In this document: positions 1-12,618 of the stretch, piece by piece
How positions within the stretch are numbered: position 1 is the stretch's first letter
How the letters are laid out: every line of letters begins with the position of its first letter
From: Lytechinus pictus
Taxonomy: Eukaryota
DNA length: 64,000 bases
Direction: 5' to 3'
NCBI RefSeq assembly: GCF_037042905.1
Contig: NC_087250.1
Location: forward strand, 27,778,001-27,842,000
Position numbers and translations under genes: made by a program
The notes under the pieces: model-generated
Told to the model about the DNA's origin: nothing
What the model saw: only the letters and a program-made list of their open reading frames with translations
Database searches by the model: none

Positions 1-705
1 GTACTTTACCTCAGATATAGGTTAGTAAAAGTCGTATTGTTTGGAACTGGAAAAATGTTGATGAAACGCTCCCCTGTGATAAAGGAGTCTTTGTTATGTA
101 TGAGTAGCATGATCATCATGGTATGTTATTTTGAGACGATAGCTCTTTTCTGTCCTTGATATTTTCATCTGGTATCATATTGCAAAGCATGTTCAGATCT
201 TTTCGAACTAATTGACTGATTGCAAACAAAATTGCTAAATGGACTGACTAATCAAGACCAATGTTACATGCGCATTTTGTTCAACATACTAACCAGGAAC
301 CAATCAGAAGTGTTCTTTTATATTTACAGGTACTTTTTTTTCTTTTGATCCCCTTTCCTTTCTCTCTCCATATATCTCTTGATCCTGGCAATATGTACGA
401 ATGTAGTCTTGGAAGTTTTAATTATACCTAAGATCAATAGTATACAGTATACAGGATATGTTTAAACATTGTACCGTAAAGTGTAATTAATGAAATGTAT
501 ACTTGTTTTTGTAGTTGTGTAATTCCCATTCATTTCAGTTTGTTAACTAATGTGGATAATTTAAATTAATACCATTTATCTACATGTATCGATCTATTCA
601 TCTATCAATGCCTGATCTTTATCTGGATAAAGCAGTTTCTATTACCGAAGAGACCACCCTGTCTAAAAAAATAGATAAATCAGTTACTTCAATTTTTTTT
701 CCTAG

Positions 706-869
706 GTGGATTAAGGCATGCTACCGTTAGTATCACCGGTGATCAAGCTTATCGTCTTCTAAGACAGGAGGCTGGCGTCCATCGTGTTCAGAGGGTACCA
801 AAGACAGAGAGACAAGGGCGTATACATACAAGCACCATGTCAATAGCGGTACTTCCACAACCTAAAGAG
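706..869 (+). CDS. MTRF1L: Mitochondrial peptide chain release factor 1-like, internal exon (PxT motif); upstream exons lie outside the window
   Basis: Acceptor tttttttcctAG at 704-705 and donor GAG|GTATAA at 870. Translation (G)[54 protein letters not shown] matches the RF1 signature [11 protein letters not shown]...GRIHTST. Confidence 0.93.
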
Positions 870-3830
870 GTATAAACCAAGGGCGTATACATACTATTTC
901 CATGTCTGTAGTGGCACTACCACAACATAAAGAGGTACAAAAACAAGGGCGTATATAAACAAGTACCATGTCAATAGCGGTACTACCACAACCCAAATAG
1001 GTATAAACCAAAGGCGTATACATACTAGTACCATGTCAGTAGCGGTACTACCACAACCCAAAGAGGTATAAACCAAAGGCGTATACATACAAGCACCATG
1101 TCTATAGCGGTACTACCACAACCCAAAGAGGTATAAACCAAAGGCGTATACATACTAGTACCATGTCAGTAGCGGTAATACCACAACCTAAAGAGATATA
1201 AACCAAGGGCGTATACATACTAGTACCATGTCAATAGCGGTACTACCACAACCCAAAGAGGTATAAACCAAAGGCGTATACATACTAGTACCATGTCAAT
1301 AGCGGTACTACCACAACCTAAAGAGATATAAACCAAGGGCGTATACATACAAGTACCATGTCAATAGCGGTACTACCACAACCCAAAGAGGTATAAACCA
1401 AAGGCGTATAAATACAATACCATGTCAATAGCGGTACTACCACAACCTAAAGAGATATAAACCAAGGGCGTATACATACTAGTACCATGTCAATAGCGGT
1501 ACTACCACAACCCAAAGAGGTATAAACCAAAGGCGTATAAATACCAGTACCATGTCAATAACGGTACTACCACAACCTAAAGAGATATAAACCAAGGGGG
1601 TATACATACTTGTACTATGTCAATAGCGGTACTACCACAACCCAAAGAGATATAAACCAAGGGCGTATACATACTAGTACCATGTCGATAGCGGTACTAC
1701 CACAACCCAAAGAGGTATAAACCAAAGGCGTATAAATACAAGCACCATGTCAATAGCGGTACTACCACAACCCAAAGAGGTATAAACCAAAGGCGTATAT
1801 ATACAAGCACCATGTCTATAGCGGTACTACCACAACCCAAAGAGATATAAACCAAGGGCGTATACATACTAGTACCATGTCAATAGCGGTACTACCACAA
1901 CCCAAAGAGGTATTAACCAAAGGCGTATACATACTAGTACCATGTCTGTAGCGGTACTACCACAACCTAAAGAGATATAAACCAAGGGTGTATACATACA
2001 AGTACCATGTCAATAGCGGTACTACCACAACCCGAAGAGGTATAAACCAAAGGCGTATACATACAAGCACCATGTCGATAGCGGTACTACCACAACCCAA
2101 AGAGGTATAAACCAAAGGCGTATAAATACAAGCACCATGTCGATAGCGGTACTACCACAACCCAAAGAGGTATAAACCAAAGGCGTATACATACTAGTAC
2201 CATGTCTGTAGCGGTACTACCACAACCTAAAGAGATATAAACCAAGGGTGTATACATACAAGTACCATGTCAATAGCGGTACTACCACAACCCAAAGAGG
2301 TATAAACCAAAGGCGTATACATACTAGTACCATGTCTGTAGCGGTACTACCACAACCTAAAGAGATATAAACCAAGGGTGTATACATACTAGTACCATGT
2401 CAATAGCGGTACTACCACAACCCAAAGAGGTATAAACCAAAGGCGTATAAATACAAGCACCATGTCGATAGCGGTACTACCACAACCCAAAGAGGTATAA
2501 ACCAAAGGCGTATACATACTAGTACCATGTCTGTAGCGGTACTACCACAACCTAAAGAGATATAAACCAAGGGTGTATACATACAAGTACCATGTCAATA
2601 GCGGTACTACCACAACCCAAAGAGGTATAAACCAAAGGCGTATAAATACTAGTACCATGTCAATAGCGGTACTACCACAACCTAAAGAGATATAAACCAA
2701 GGGGGTATACATACTTGTACTATGTCAATAGCGGTACTACCACAACCGAAAGAGATATAAACCAAGGGCGTATACATACAAGCACCATGTCAATAGCGGT
2801 ACTACCACAACCCAAAGAGATATGAACCAAAGGCATATACATACAAGCACCATGTCTATAGTGGTACTACCACAACCCAAAGAGATATAAACCAAAGGCG
2901 TATACATACAAGCACCATGTCTATAGTGGTACTACCACAACCCAAAGAGATATAAACCAAAGGCGTATACATACAAGCACCATGTCTATAGCGGTACTAC
3001 CACAACCCAAAGAGATATAAACCAATGGCGTATACATACAAGCACCATGTCTATAGTGGTACTACCACACCCCAAAGAGATATAAACCAAAGGTGTATAC
3101 ATACAAGCACCATGTCTATAGCGGTACTACCACAACCTAAAGAGGTATAAACCAAAGGCGTATACATACTAGTACCATGTCAGTAGCGGTACTACCACAA
3201 CCTAAAGAGATATAAACCAAGGGTGTATACATACAAGTACCATGTCAATAGCGGTACTACCACAACCCAAAGAGGTATAAACCAAAGGCGTATAAATACT
3301 AGTACCATGTCAATAGCGGTACTACCACAACCTAAAGAGATATAAACCAAGGGGGTATACATACTTGTACTATGTCAATAGCGGTACTACCACAACCCAA
3401 AGAGGTATTAACCAAGGATGTATACATACTAGTACCATGTCAATAGCGGTACTACCACAACCCAAAGTGATATAAACCAAGGGGGTATACATACTTGTAC
3501 CATGTCTATAGCGGTACTACCACAACCCAAAGAGATATAAACCAAGGGCGTATACATACAAGCACCATGTCAATAGCGGTACTACCACAACCCAAAGAGA
3601 TATAAACCAAAGGCGTATACATACAAGCACCATGTCTATAGCGGTACTACCACAACCCAAAGAGATATAAACCAAAGGCGTATATATACAAGCACCATGT
3701 CTATAGCAGTACTACCACAACCCAAAGAGGTAAAAAACCAAGGGTGTATTTATACTGGTATTATATCTATAGCATTACTGCCAAAATCTAAGGAGATGCA
3801 ACCTATAATGGTACTACCACAGCCTAAACA
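813..3830 (+). repeat. 65-bp minisatellite (about 46 copies) derived from the exon 3' end plus splice donor
   Basis: Unit caagggcgtatacatacaagcaccatgtcaatagcggtactaccacaacccaaagag(g/a)tataaac. Period 65 checked at 813/878 and 1441/1506/1571. The first copy is the coding exon end. Confidence 0.95.
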
Positions 3831-4166
3831 GGTGCAACTTTCCACAAACATAAAATATTTGAGAATGTTGGTAAAATAGTTTCATAATGTTTTGAAAACT
3901 TTTTAGAACACTCTGAAATCATTTTGTGTTTGCTTAATACCCACCTCACTATTGTTTGTCTTATTGGTTAAAAGTTTTATTTATCTTGCATTTGAATCTG
4001 TAGCAAGTAGGAAGTATTGTGACATCACTGTCATAGCATTAGTTTACCTCTCCCCTTGTTAGCTACAGTATATACCTGTGCAGCTTAGAATACATGTAGT
4101 TATTGGCTAATTCTATGAAGTAAAAAATACCAGCCATTACTTGAAAATAAAAATAAAACTCTAATA

Positions 4167-4323
4167 CCTTGGTCACATTTGCTCTATGGCAGCCATACGG
4201 CAAGTAAAGAACAGCCTTTTTAACATTTTTTTTTACCAGCTACATAGGTGATGTGAATAAAAATGAATAAAACGGCTGTTTTCGACTCGCCGTACGGCTG
4301 CCGTAGAGCAAATCTGACTGAGG
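4167..4323. mobile_element. Small palindromic MITE
   Basis: ccttggtcacatttgctctatggcagccatacggc is an imperfect inverted repeat of gccgtacggctgccgtagagcaaatctgactgagg; TA on both sides. Confidence 0.7.
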
Positions 4324-4474
4324 TACTAGTATTAGTTTCATATTCCTGTTGCATGGCCTGAATACATAAAATAGATGTGTTTGGATTACTATAAATAATA
4401 AATTGTTCTAATTTCTGTTTTGGGCATAAAATTTTGTATTCCTTTCATTCTGAATTTTTACTCTTTTAACTTAG

Positions 4475-4592
4475 ATTGATCTGAAACTGGACCCTAAAGA
4501 TCTGAGGATTGAAACAAAGAAAGCTAGTGGAGCAGGAGGTCAGCATGTGAATACAACGGACAGTGCTGTTAGAATTACCCATATACCAACAG
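4475..4592 (+). CDS. MTRF1L: MTRF1L-like exon carrying the catalytic GGQ motif
   Basis: Acceptor ttttaacttAG at 4473-4474 and donor ACAG|GTATTA at 4593. Translation [39 protein letters not shown](G). Phases fit both neighbouring exons. Confidence 0.95.
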
Positions 4593-4840
4593 GTATTATA
4601 TATCTACTACAGACAGTGCTATTAGAATCACTCATATACCAACAGGTATTATATATCTACTACAGACAGTGCTATTAGAATCACTCATATACCAACAGGT
4701 ATTATATATCTACTACAGACAGTGCTATTAGAATCACTCATATACCAACAGGTATTATATATCTACTACAGACAGTGCTGTTAGAATCACTCATATACCA
4801 ACAGGTATTATATATCTACTACAGACAGGTATTATATATA
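4557..4840 (+). repeat. 53-bp tandem repeat (about 5 copies) derived from the GGQ exon 3' end plus donor
   Basis: cagtgct recurs at 4561, 4614, 4667, 4720 and 4773; each unit contains ccaacaGGTatta. Confidence 0.93.
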
Positions 4841-4869
4841 CATGTGGGGGTTTTCTGCCCCTAAGACTA

Positions 4870-6330
4870 CAGTGCGTCCCCAAAAAAACTATACACTTTT
4901 GAAATAGCTGCCAAATAAAAAGTATATAACTTCGGGGGGAAAGACTTATATATATGGAAAGCCAATAAAGTCATCAAATGACATCAAAATGTTGGAAAAC
5001 TATTCATGCTTGAGTGAGCACTACCCACTTAAACAGAGGGTATGAAAATTAGGGTGGGCAGGAATTAGCCTTTCGGTTTCTTTCAGTTTTTGAGAGGCGA
5101 GTCCCTTGGAACTTGCAAACTTGAGGGTGTTGTGATGAATTAATGGTCATTCATTATCAATTTAAATTGTTAGAGCAAATTTCATGAATTATCAAATTGA
5201 AATTCCATGCATGAGTGAGCGCGAATTGCAAATCTTTAGTGCAGCATTTTAACTTTACAATGTGGATCTCAGCAGTGTGTTGATTGGAGTCAGGAGAATA
5301 GGGGTAAGAAGTGACTCCAGTGGGTGAAGTAAGCTGATGGACCTACAGGTCCGCCCCCCCCCCCCTCCTGTTGAGAGTGAGACTGATTGCTATTACATGT
5401 ACGCATTAAGTGCAGAGCGGACTGTCAATTTGATAATAAATTCTGAAAATTAGGTCATCAACTTTTACCTATCAATCATTTAATCAACAATCTGTTAGTA
5501 AATCAACTCAATCAATGTGATCAATCAAATATTCATCTTTTTCAATAAATTATCATTCAAACATTCAGCTTTTTCAATAAATCTTTTCATTAATCATCAT
5601 AATTAATCAAATTCTTAATAATCATTCAATGGAAAAGAAAGACCCATCAACCATAAGTCACTTGGCATTTAAGTTTTAAATACCATCAAGGAGAGAGAAA
5701 GGGGATGGAGGGCAGGCATGAGTACATGACATGTAATTTGTAAGAGAACACAAAGAAGAATGCCCCTTTAACACAGTCTTACCCTATCTCACCCCCAGAT
5801 ACCATCACATTACTCTGACTCTCACAAGCACACTTGCTAAGATCCACATAATAAACTAAAAATGCTACACTAAAATTACAATTCCTGTTTACTCATGCAT
5901 TACATTTCAATTTAGTAACTCATTAAATTTGCTTAAGAAACCAAAACTGATCTCAATTCATCAGTAATTTATAGCATAACACCCTTAACTTTGCAAGTTC
6001 CAAAGGACTCACCTCTAAAAAAACTGGAAGGCTAATTCCTGCTTACCCTAGCAAATGCTAGTCTCTTAGGAGGGGTGAAAGGGGTAGAGAGGGGGGGGGG
6101 GGGGGGTTAAGTGTTCTGGTGACCCATATCCCGTCAACCTACTTCCCCCACCTAAGTCCTATCCCTATTCTGACTTCCATGAACACATTGCTGAGATCCA
6201 CTTGAAAAAGTGAAAAATTGTATTTCATGTTCACTCATGCATTAAATTTCAATTTAATAATTCTTGAAATTTGCTCTAAAACCTAAATTAATAATGCTTG
6301 ATCATTGATTTATCAAAACACCCTCAACAT
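4870..6330. mobile_element. Degenerate DNA-transposon remnant with a Tc1/mariner-like end and internal inverted/direct ~250-bp repeats
   Basis: TA|CAGTGCGTCCC start at 4870. Segment 5060-5300 is inverted relative to 5810-6045 and partly to 6150-6330. No right terminus found. Confidence 0.45.
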
Positions 6331-6349
6331 GTATTGTTACCCTATCCAA

Positions 6350-6820
6350 AAAACATGTTCATATCACACCCATTCTGAAATCTCTACATTGGTTAAAGGT
6401 CAACGATCGCATCATCTTCAAAATCCTTCTCCTTGCATTCCATGCTATTAACGGCTCTGCTCCACAGTACAATTTCAATCTAATCAGCAAATACACTCCT
6501 GTCAGGTCCCTACATTCATCCAACTCTGGTTCCCTAGTTATTCCCAAATCCGTTAAGACATGGGGGTTCAAGCTTTTGCTCACGCTGGCCCTGTTCTCTG
6601 GAATGATCTTCCCCTGGATATCCGTGAATGCACTTCTATTGACACATTTAAACGTTACCTTAAGACTCGTCTATTCAATGATTCTTACTCTTAATTGTTC
6701 CTGAATCTATTACTATTATATTTGTACTTTTTCTCTTTCTTTCTTTCGCTGCGCCTTGTGCACTCTGCCGAGTGGATTCGGCGCATTACAAATCACATAT
6801 ATTATTATTATTATTATTAT
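6350..6820 (+). mobile_element. L2/CR1-group LINE 3' fragment with (ATT)n tail
   Basis: Translates HITPILKSLHWLKVNDRIIFKILLL...GSAPQY...LWNDLPLDIRE...FKRYLKTRLF (frameshifted), a typical L2 ORF2 C-terminus. ATT tail at 6800-6820. Confidence 0.85.
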
Positions 6821-7359
6821 AAAAGAAAGGTCTGATGAAACACATGACCACCATCCCATGTTATCAATATTTTTTTAACGATACAGTCCTTTATATCAAA
6901 CGTTAGAAGTTATCTTTATGAATCTTGAATATTTGGTGCATTATACATTATTTTGTCTCGGGTTTGTCAGGTTTGCTTTTTTTTTTGTTCAATGCTATGT
7001 TAATTATTGTTTTGCATCTTATGTCTTGTTTTAATTTTCAATCTTACTTCTTTTTAAGTTATTTTTTTTTTAGGATCAAATGGAAGGACAGGTATATTTT
7101 GTAAATATCACTGAAATGGGCTACCCTTCATTGAAAAAATTGTTTTGATTTTCACTTATTTTATTTGTGATTTTAATATGGAAAGTAAAAAAACCAAACA
7201 AACAATCAAAAACTAGGTGAGAGAAGTAGATGTGAACAATTGAGCATATAAGCAATCAAATTCAAGTTGCAGCATCTTCAACAAGTCTTTGACAAAAGAT
7301 ATATATTTTACTTCTTTCTTATGCCTATTTAGTTCAATTTTGTTTTGATCTTGAATAAG

Positions 7360-7721
7360 GTATCTCGGCTGAAAGTCAACAAGAGCGTTCCCAACACAAG
7401 AATCGTTCGATTGCCATGACGATGCTACAGACTCGAATCTACAACCGGATCCTTGAAGACCAGACCAACTCTGAAAGATCGATGCGTCGTTCACAGGTGG
7501 GCACAAGAGGGCGCTCTGAAAAGATTCGTACTTATAATTACCAGCAAGATAGGATCACGGACCATCGGATCAGTCGTAGTATCCATGGAGTAATGGAGTA
7601 TCTACTAGGATCTGAACACTTAGATGAAATGATGGTTAGTTGTATGGAAGGCGAGGAGTGTCAGAATATACGAGAAAGAATCCTAGAAGTTTATGATATG
7701 AGCAAAGAGAACTCAAGATAG
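7360..7721 (+). CDS. MTRF1L: MTRF1L-like terminal coding exon
   Basis: Acceptor AG at 7358-7359. Translation (G)ISAESQQERSQHKNRSIAMTML...RRSQVGTRGRSEKIRTYNYQQDRITDHRI, the RF1 C-terminal signature. TAG at 7719-7721. Confidence 0.93.
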
Positions 7722-7837
7722 GATCACGGACCATCAGATCACTCATAGTATCAATGGAGTATCTACTAGGATCTGAACTCATAGGTGAGATGATGGTTAG
7801 TTGTATGGAAGGCCAGGAGTGTCAGAATATACTAGAA
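7714..7837 (+). repeat. Diverged tandem duplicate of coding sequence 7545-7677
   Basis: caagataggatcacggaccatc...gatggttagttgtatggaaggc.aggagtgtcagaatatac occurs at both 7545 and 7714. Confidence 0.9.
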
Positions 7838-8499
7838 AACGTGGAAGAGGGAGGGGTCACTGTTACTAGCAGTTAGACATCATGGTCGTATACAGACTTC
7901 CCCAGAATTTCTCTATTGATTTGCCCATTTTACAGTACCCTAAACAAATATATATTTATTCCCTAAACTAAATGTCTCAAATGTTGTATTGTAATGAAAA
8001 TGTGAAGCTTATACCCTTTCCATGAAATTTTATACCTTCTTACTGGATGTGCTGATATTGCCTGGCTGTTGAAAACAAGACTTTTTACTTGTTATTTTAA
8101 ATGTGCATTGTGGGCAACTTACTTTTTGTAGTTATTGAACAAATTTACTTGAAATTAAAGCATCTTCAAAATGAATATTCTCTGTAGTTTTTCTTTGATT
8201 CCTTGTTTTATACATTATTTTCATCTATTTCGTCTCAAACATTATTATAACCACAAAATCATTATATCAATTTTAGAATCAATTATTCTTTTTATTTGTA
8301 CATGAAATTTCTAGGAATTTTCTTGCGGTACAAAAGAATTGGTCTCTTATGATTTGAAAGAAGGAATAAAAAAAAAAGAAACCAAACAGATTGTGTGCCA
8401 AATGAATCCAGTTGAAACATGTTTATCATCATTAACCTTCTGTCAGGGAAAAAATTTAATAGATTTAATTCCTTTGATTAGACATATGTTCTGACTTAG

Positions 8500-9208
8500 C
8501 CCTAATAAGACTGGGGGGCCCTCCTTGACATTTTTGGGATAAATCTGCCGCACAGATTTTTTTGACCGCGTCATTCGCTGAATTTTTTACTTTCAAGTCT
8601 CGCGCAACTTTTGACACCAAAATTGCAACCCCCGGGTACGTGGTTCCAAAATTACGCAACATTTTATAAGTGCATGCAGACACAAAATTGCTCGAAAACA
8701 TGAATTTGTGTACAAATCCAATGCAAATAGTGTTTAGAGCCAAAATTCATGAATGTATCATTATTTTTCCTTTTACTGCTTAAAATCAATTAATTTCATC
8801 TTGTCTATGGTAACAATAAAAAACTAAAAGTCGAAAAACAAAGAAATACATAAGAAATTTAGAATACAATAAAATATATACGAAATAAATGTGATGTTGA
8901 TTTTTTTACAATAAATTTGATCAGATTCCTATAAAGAGTCTGTGAAACAATATTTAGCATTTTAGGGTCAGTATTTAGTTAAGTAGAGCAAACTGTTGAT
9001 TTTACGCATAAATTAGCATAATTATTTAGCAATGAGATTTTTCTCAGAATTTGATCTCATAGTTTTATAGATTATGCCATGGGTAACGCGCGTGCCAATT
9101 TTCGTTGCTATAGCGTGATTGACGGCCGAGATCATAAGGGGGGGCTGAATCAGCCCCCCCCCCCCCCTCAGTCTTCTTAGGCGTCGAAATGGCCCAGTCT
9201 TTTTAGGG
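8500..9208. mobile_element. piggyBac-like non-autonomous element
   Basis: TIRs ccctaataagactggg / cccagtctttttaggg (1 mismatch), CCC...GGG ends, flanked by ttag / ttaa. Confidence 0.75.
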
Positions 9209-10719
9209 TTAAAGATAGTTCATGTGTTGGAAATATTTCGACCCCGGTTATGGTTTGTACATTTGTGTTAGGAATATTAATTAAATCCCAGTCAGGTTGA
9301 TGCCATATTTTATACAAGTGTTGGAAATATCAGTCTTTAATGCACAGGAAGTTCTCTTTTGTAACAGGAATATTTTACTTCATATGCTTTATGCACTCAT
9401 CTATTCTTAACATTTTTATGAGTGCTTTCCTAGTTAAGATAGATAGGGTATAATAGGCAGTTGATTTTAGTTTATCAGGGAGATAAGAACCACCTAAAGC
9501 TAATACAGACCATAGATCTCCGTTTAGGCAGTAAAGGTTATCTGAGGGAGTCCACGTCGGTGACGAGACTACGAGCCCAGCTGCCGCCCGGTTCTTCATC
9601 GACATGCTATTCATGTCAATATCCGGGGCTCGATCTCATCCGTAATCGTCAAAGTCCTATCTGAGGGGCATCGCCATCTGCGGAGCCCAGGGGACCGACT
9701 ATCGGGGGCCAAGTGGAGCAACGCCAGACGGACAATGATTCTTCTTTATTCTGCCAAAGTTAAGTTATATTTATTTGTGATCATTTCCATATCCATATAT
9801 ATCATGAATGTTTATTTTCTGAAACAAACCGAAATCAGAGAAATTGTGGATGTATCATCATTAACCTTCAAACTATTAAACTTAAACAGTTAAAATGACT
9901 TGGCTGTTTGGATGGTCTTGAAGACTGCCTAATAAAGGTGGGGGGGGGGGGTTTTGATGGCATACACCCCCATGGTGGACGTATCATACCCCCCCTCCCC
10001 CTCGCTACATATCAGCATCAAAATTTGGCACACCTCTTAGTTCACATTTCTCACGTGAAGTAAAAGACTTTACATAGGCCTATATTGTAAATAAAAATAA
10101 ACATCAAAAGTTTGTTTCATCCAAATTGAAATGATTGCACATATTTTTTGTTTGAATATCAGCAACTAATTCACTTGTTTGACTTGTTCAAATTAATAAT
10201 TGTCTTCTTTTCAGTGTCACCAAGTCAACGTTAATTCTTGATTGAATCGTGTAATGCGGGCGAGACCTGCCAGGGGGCGTTCCTCTTATTAATTATTTGT
10301 ACAAAAATGTTTGCTTTTTCAGATCACAGCAGTTCATTCGATGGCGCTTTGATTTATCTGTCAGTATTAGCTTTTGATCTTTTATATGATTCATAGCTAA
10401 TGTAAACATGGTAAAACAGAGATAACTCATTTCAAGAGGCCTTCACATAATGAAGAGGTTGGACATACATACACTATGGAATAGCTCTTTTGTTGATTCA
10501 TCGCTATCATAAATTGAATCTACACCAGGGGGCCGTTTCATAAAGCTGTTTGTAAGTTAAGAGCGACGTTAAGAACAACTGGTGATCCTTTCTTACGCGC
10601 TAAACTATCTCCAATGAATATACCATTTACCACAATAAAGGATCACCAGTCGTAGCAAATAAGATATCTTGAGAGGGGTGGGGCAAAATGAGTTAAAAGT
10701 GACAATCCTTTCTCTTTAA

Positions 10720-11306
10720 AGGGGAATGAAACATTTGGAATAATTAGGCTTGTGTCGAAACAGAAAAATAAAAGAATAAGAACAAAGAAAATTTGAGAAA
10801 AATCGGACAAATAATGAGAAAGTTATGAGCATTTGAATATTGCAATCACTAATGCTATGGAGATCCTCCCATTGGCAATGCGACAAGGATGTGTGATGTC
10901 ACATGTGAACTACTTTCCCTTTGATGGACTATAAAATACCCTCAAAATGTCTCTTTCTGCTTTTTCTTGTGGTGATACAAACTCTTTATCCATGATGTAT
11001 TCTTTAAAAATCTGTATTACATGCCCTCCTTTATAAAAAGAACACATGATCTACTGATAGATGTGATAAAAGAGGCAATTTAAGTGAAATATATACTAAA
11101 GTAATGGGGAGAGTTGTTCACAAGTGACATCACACATCTTTGTCGCATTACCAATTTGAGGATCTCCATAGCATTAGTGATCGCAGTATTCCAATGCTCA
11201 TAACTTTCTCATTATTTGTCCGATTTTTCTCAAACAGTCGTTGATCTGTTTCTTTGATTTTTCTGTTTTCACACAAGCTATCGTGTTCCAAAGGTTTCAT
11301 TCTCCT
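10720..11306. mobile_element. TTAA-flanked long-TIR MITE (Kolobok-like), family A
   Basis: ttaa|aggggaatgaaac ... gtttcattctcct|ttaa with ~200-bp imperfect inverted arms. Confidence 0.8.
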
Positions 11307-11718
11307 TTAATGAATAATATATCTAGTCTAAACCTACCTTCTTGTCCGTTTCTTTTTTCTTTCTTTCTTTCTCTCTCTCTTTATTTATTTCTTTTGTTCT
11401 TTCTTTCCTTCCTTCTCCTCCTCCCTCTTCTTCTTCTTTTTCTTCTCCTTCTGTATTCCATTTCCTTACTCCCCCTTTAATTTCTTTATTTCTTTCCCTA
11501 CCTGAAAATCATAAATATTGAAAAATTACAAGAATAAAATTATATGCAGTTAAATGATGAACCTCTTAGACTAACAGAGAGGAGAAGGAGACTTGCAAAA
11601 CATGTCTCAAGAATTATTATGTTCTTAAAAATGCAATATCCTGGTAACCTAATGGAAGAAGGAAAAGCTCGAGGCTGTCCCAAGCATCCGTGGCAACAGA
11701 CTTTCTTCAAAGACATTA

Positions 11719-12618
11719 GGCGGTGCTGCACCATCCCGAGTTTGCTCAATCTCGAGATTTTAGCCCGATCAGCCCTCTTCGCGATTAATCTCGAGATTCA
11801 AGAAACCCCGTCTGCACCATCCCACGAGGAGCTATCTGCTCGAGCGAGGCAACAAGCCCGATATTCCGGGCATGCGCACTTTCGGATCTTGGAGTTTCAA
11901 CAGCCCGCGCTTTTGAATAACTTCCCGCGATATGCAAGCAATGAACTCCTTTCACTAGTACTTTCGCCGAATTCAACCGGTGTTATGCAACAATCCTTTC
12001 AGCTCAGCGAGTGAAGAAGTGATGTATTCTTCGTGAAATATGATGGCGGAGTAGGAGGCAACGACAGAGAGAGAGAGAGAGAGAGGGAGAAGGAGGAAAG
12101 AAATGCTATTTGCTCACATTTTGCGAAGGAATAAGACAACACTGCTGTCAGTGTTGTTATTGAATATGACCATCGTCGATGCGATGAGCGCCTCCCCCTT
12201 CGGTCTGGTCTCTCCCGGGGTCTCTCCCAAAATCCATTCACTGGTACTGGTGGGGACACCATCGTTGCTTATGAACGCTATTCGCATGTATAAAGTTGAC
12301 TTTCGCACGTGTTTATGTTTTGACCAAGGCGGAAGTGGAACGCGAATTGCATTATGGACTGACGTCATGAATAAATTACCCCGAGTCCAATCTCGAGTGC
12401 GTCTGCACCGACGAATTAGCGGGATAATTCGTAAAATAGCGCGCTATTTTGCAAATAAACCCGAGTTGACTTGGGATTGCAATCTCGAGATTAATCCTAC
12501 GAACTAGCGCGATAATTGCGTCTGCACCGCCAACTATCTCGAGATTTTTCAGATCGGGATAATTTGCCGGATCAGAAATAGCGCGCTAATTTGAAACTTC
12601 GGGATGGTGCAGACGGCC
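11719..12618. mobile_element. Non-autonomous DNA transposon (PIF/Harbinger-like ends)
   Basis: ggcggtgctgcaccatcccga / tcgggatggtgcagacggcc inverted ends; internal repeats of gtctgcacc and aatctcgagatt; GC-rich relative to flanks. Confidence 0.65.

Noticed and set aside
813..3830. CRISPR-like or coding tandem-exon array
   Set aside because: No unique spacers and the context is eukaryotic. Units are 65 bp (not a multiple of 3), contain TAA in frame and lack pyrimidine-tract acceptors.
11544..12507. 156-aa and 134-aa ORFs as genes or transposase
   Set aside because: They lie in a GC-rich non-autonomous element and show no recognisable domain motifs.
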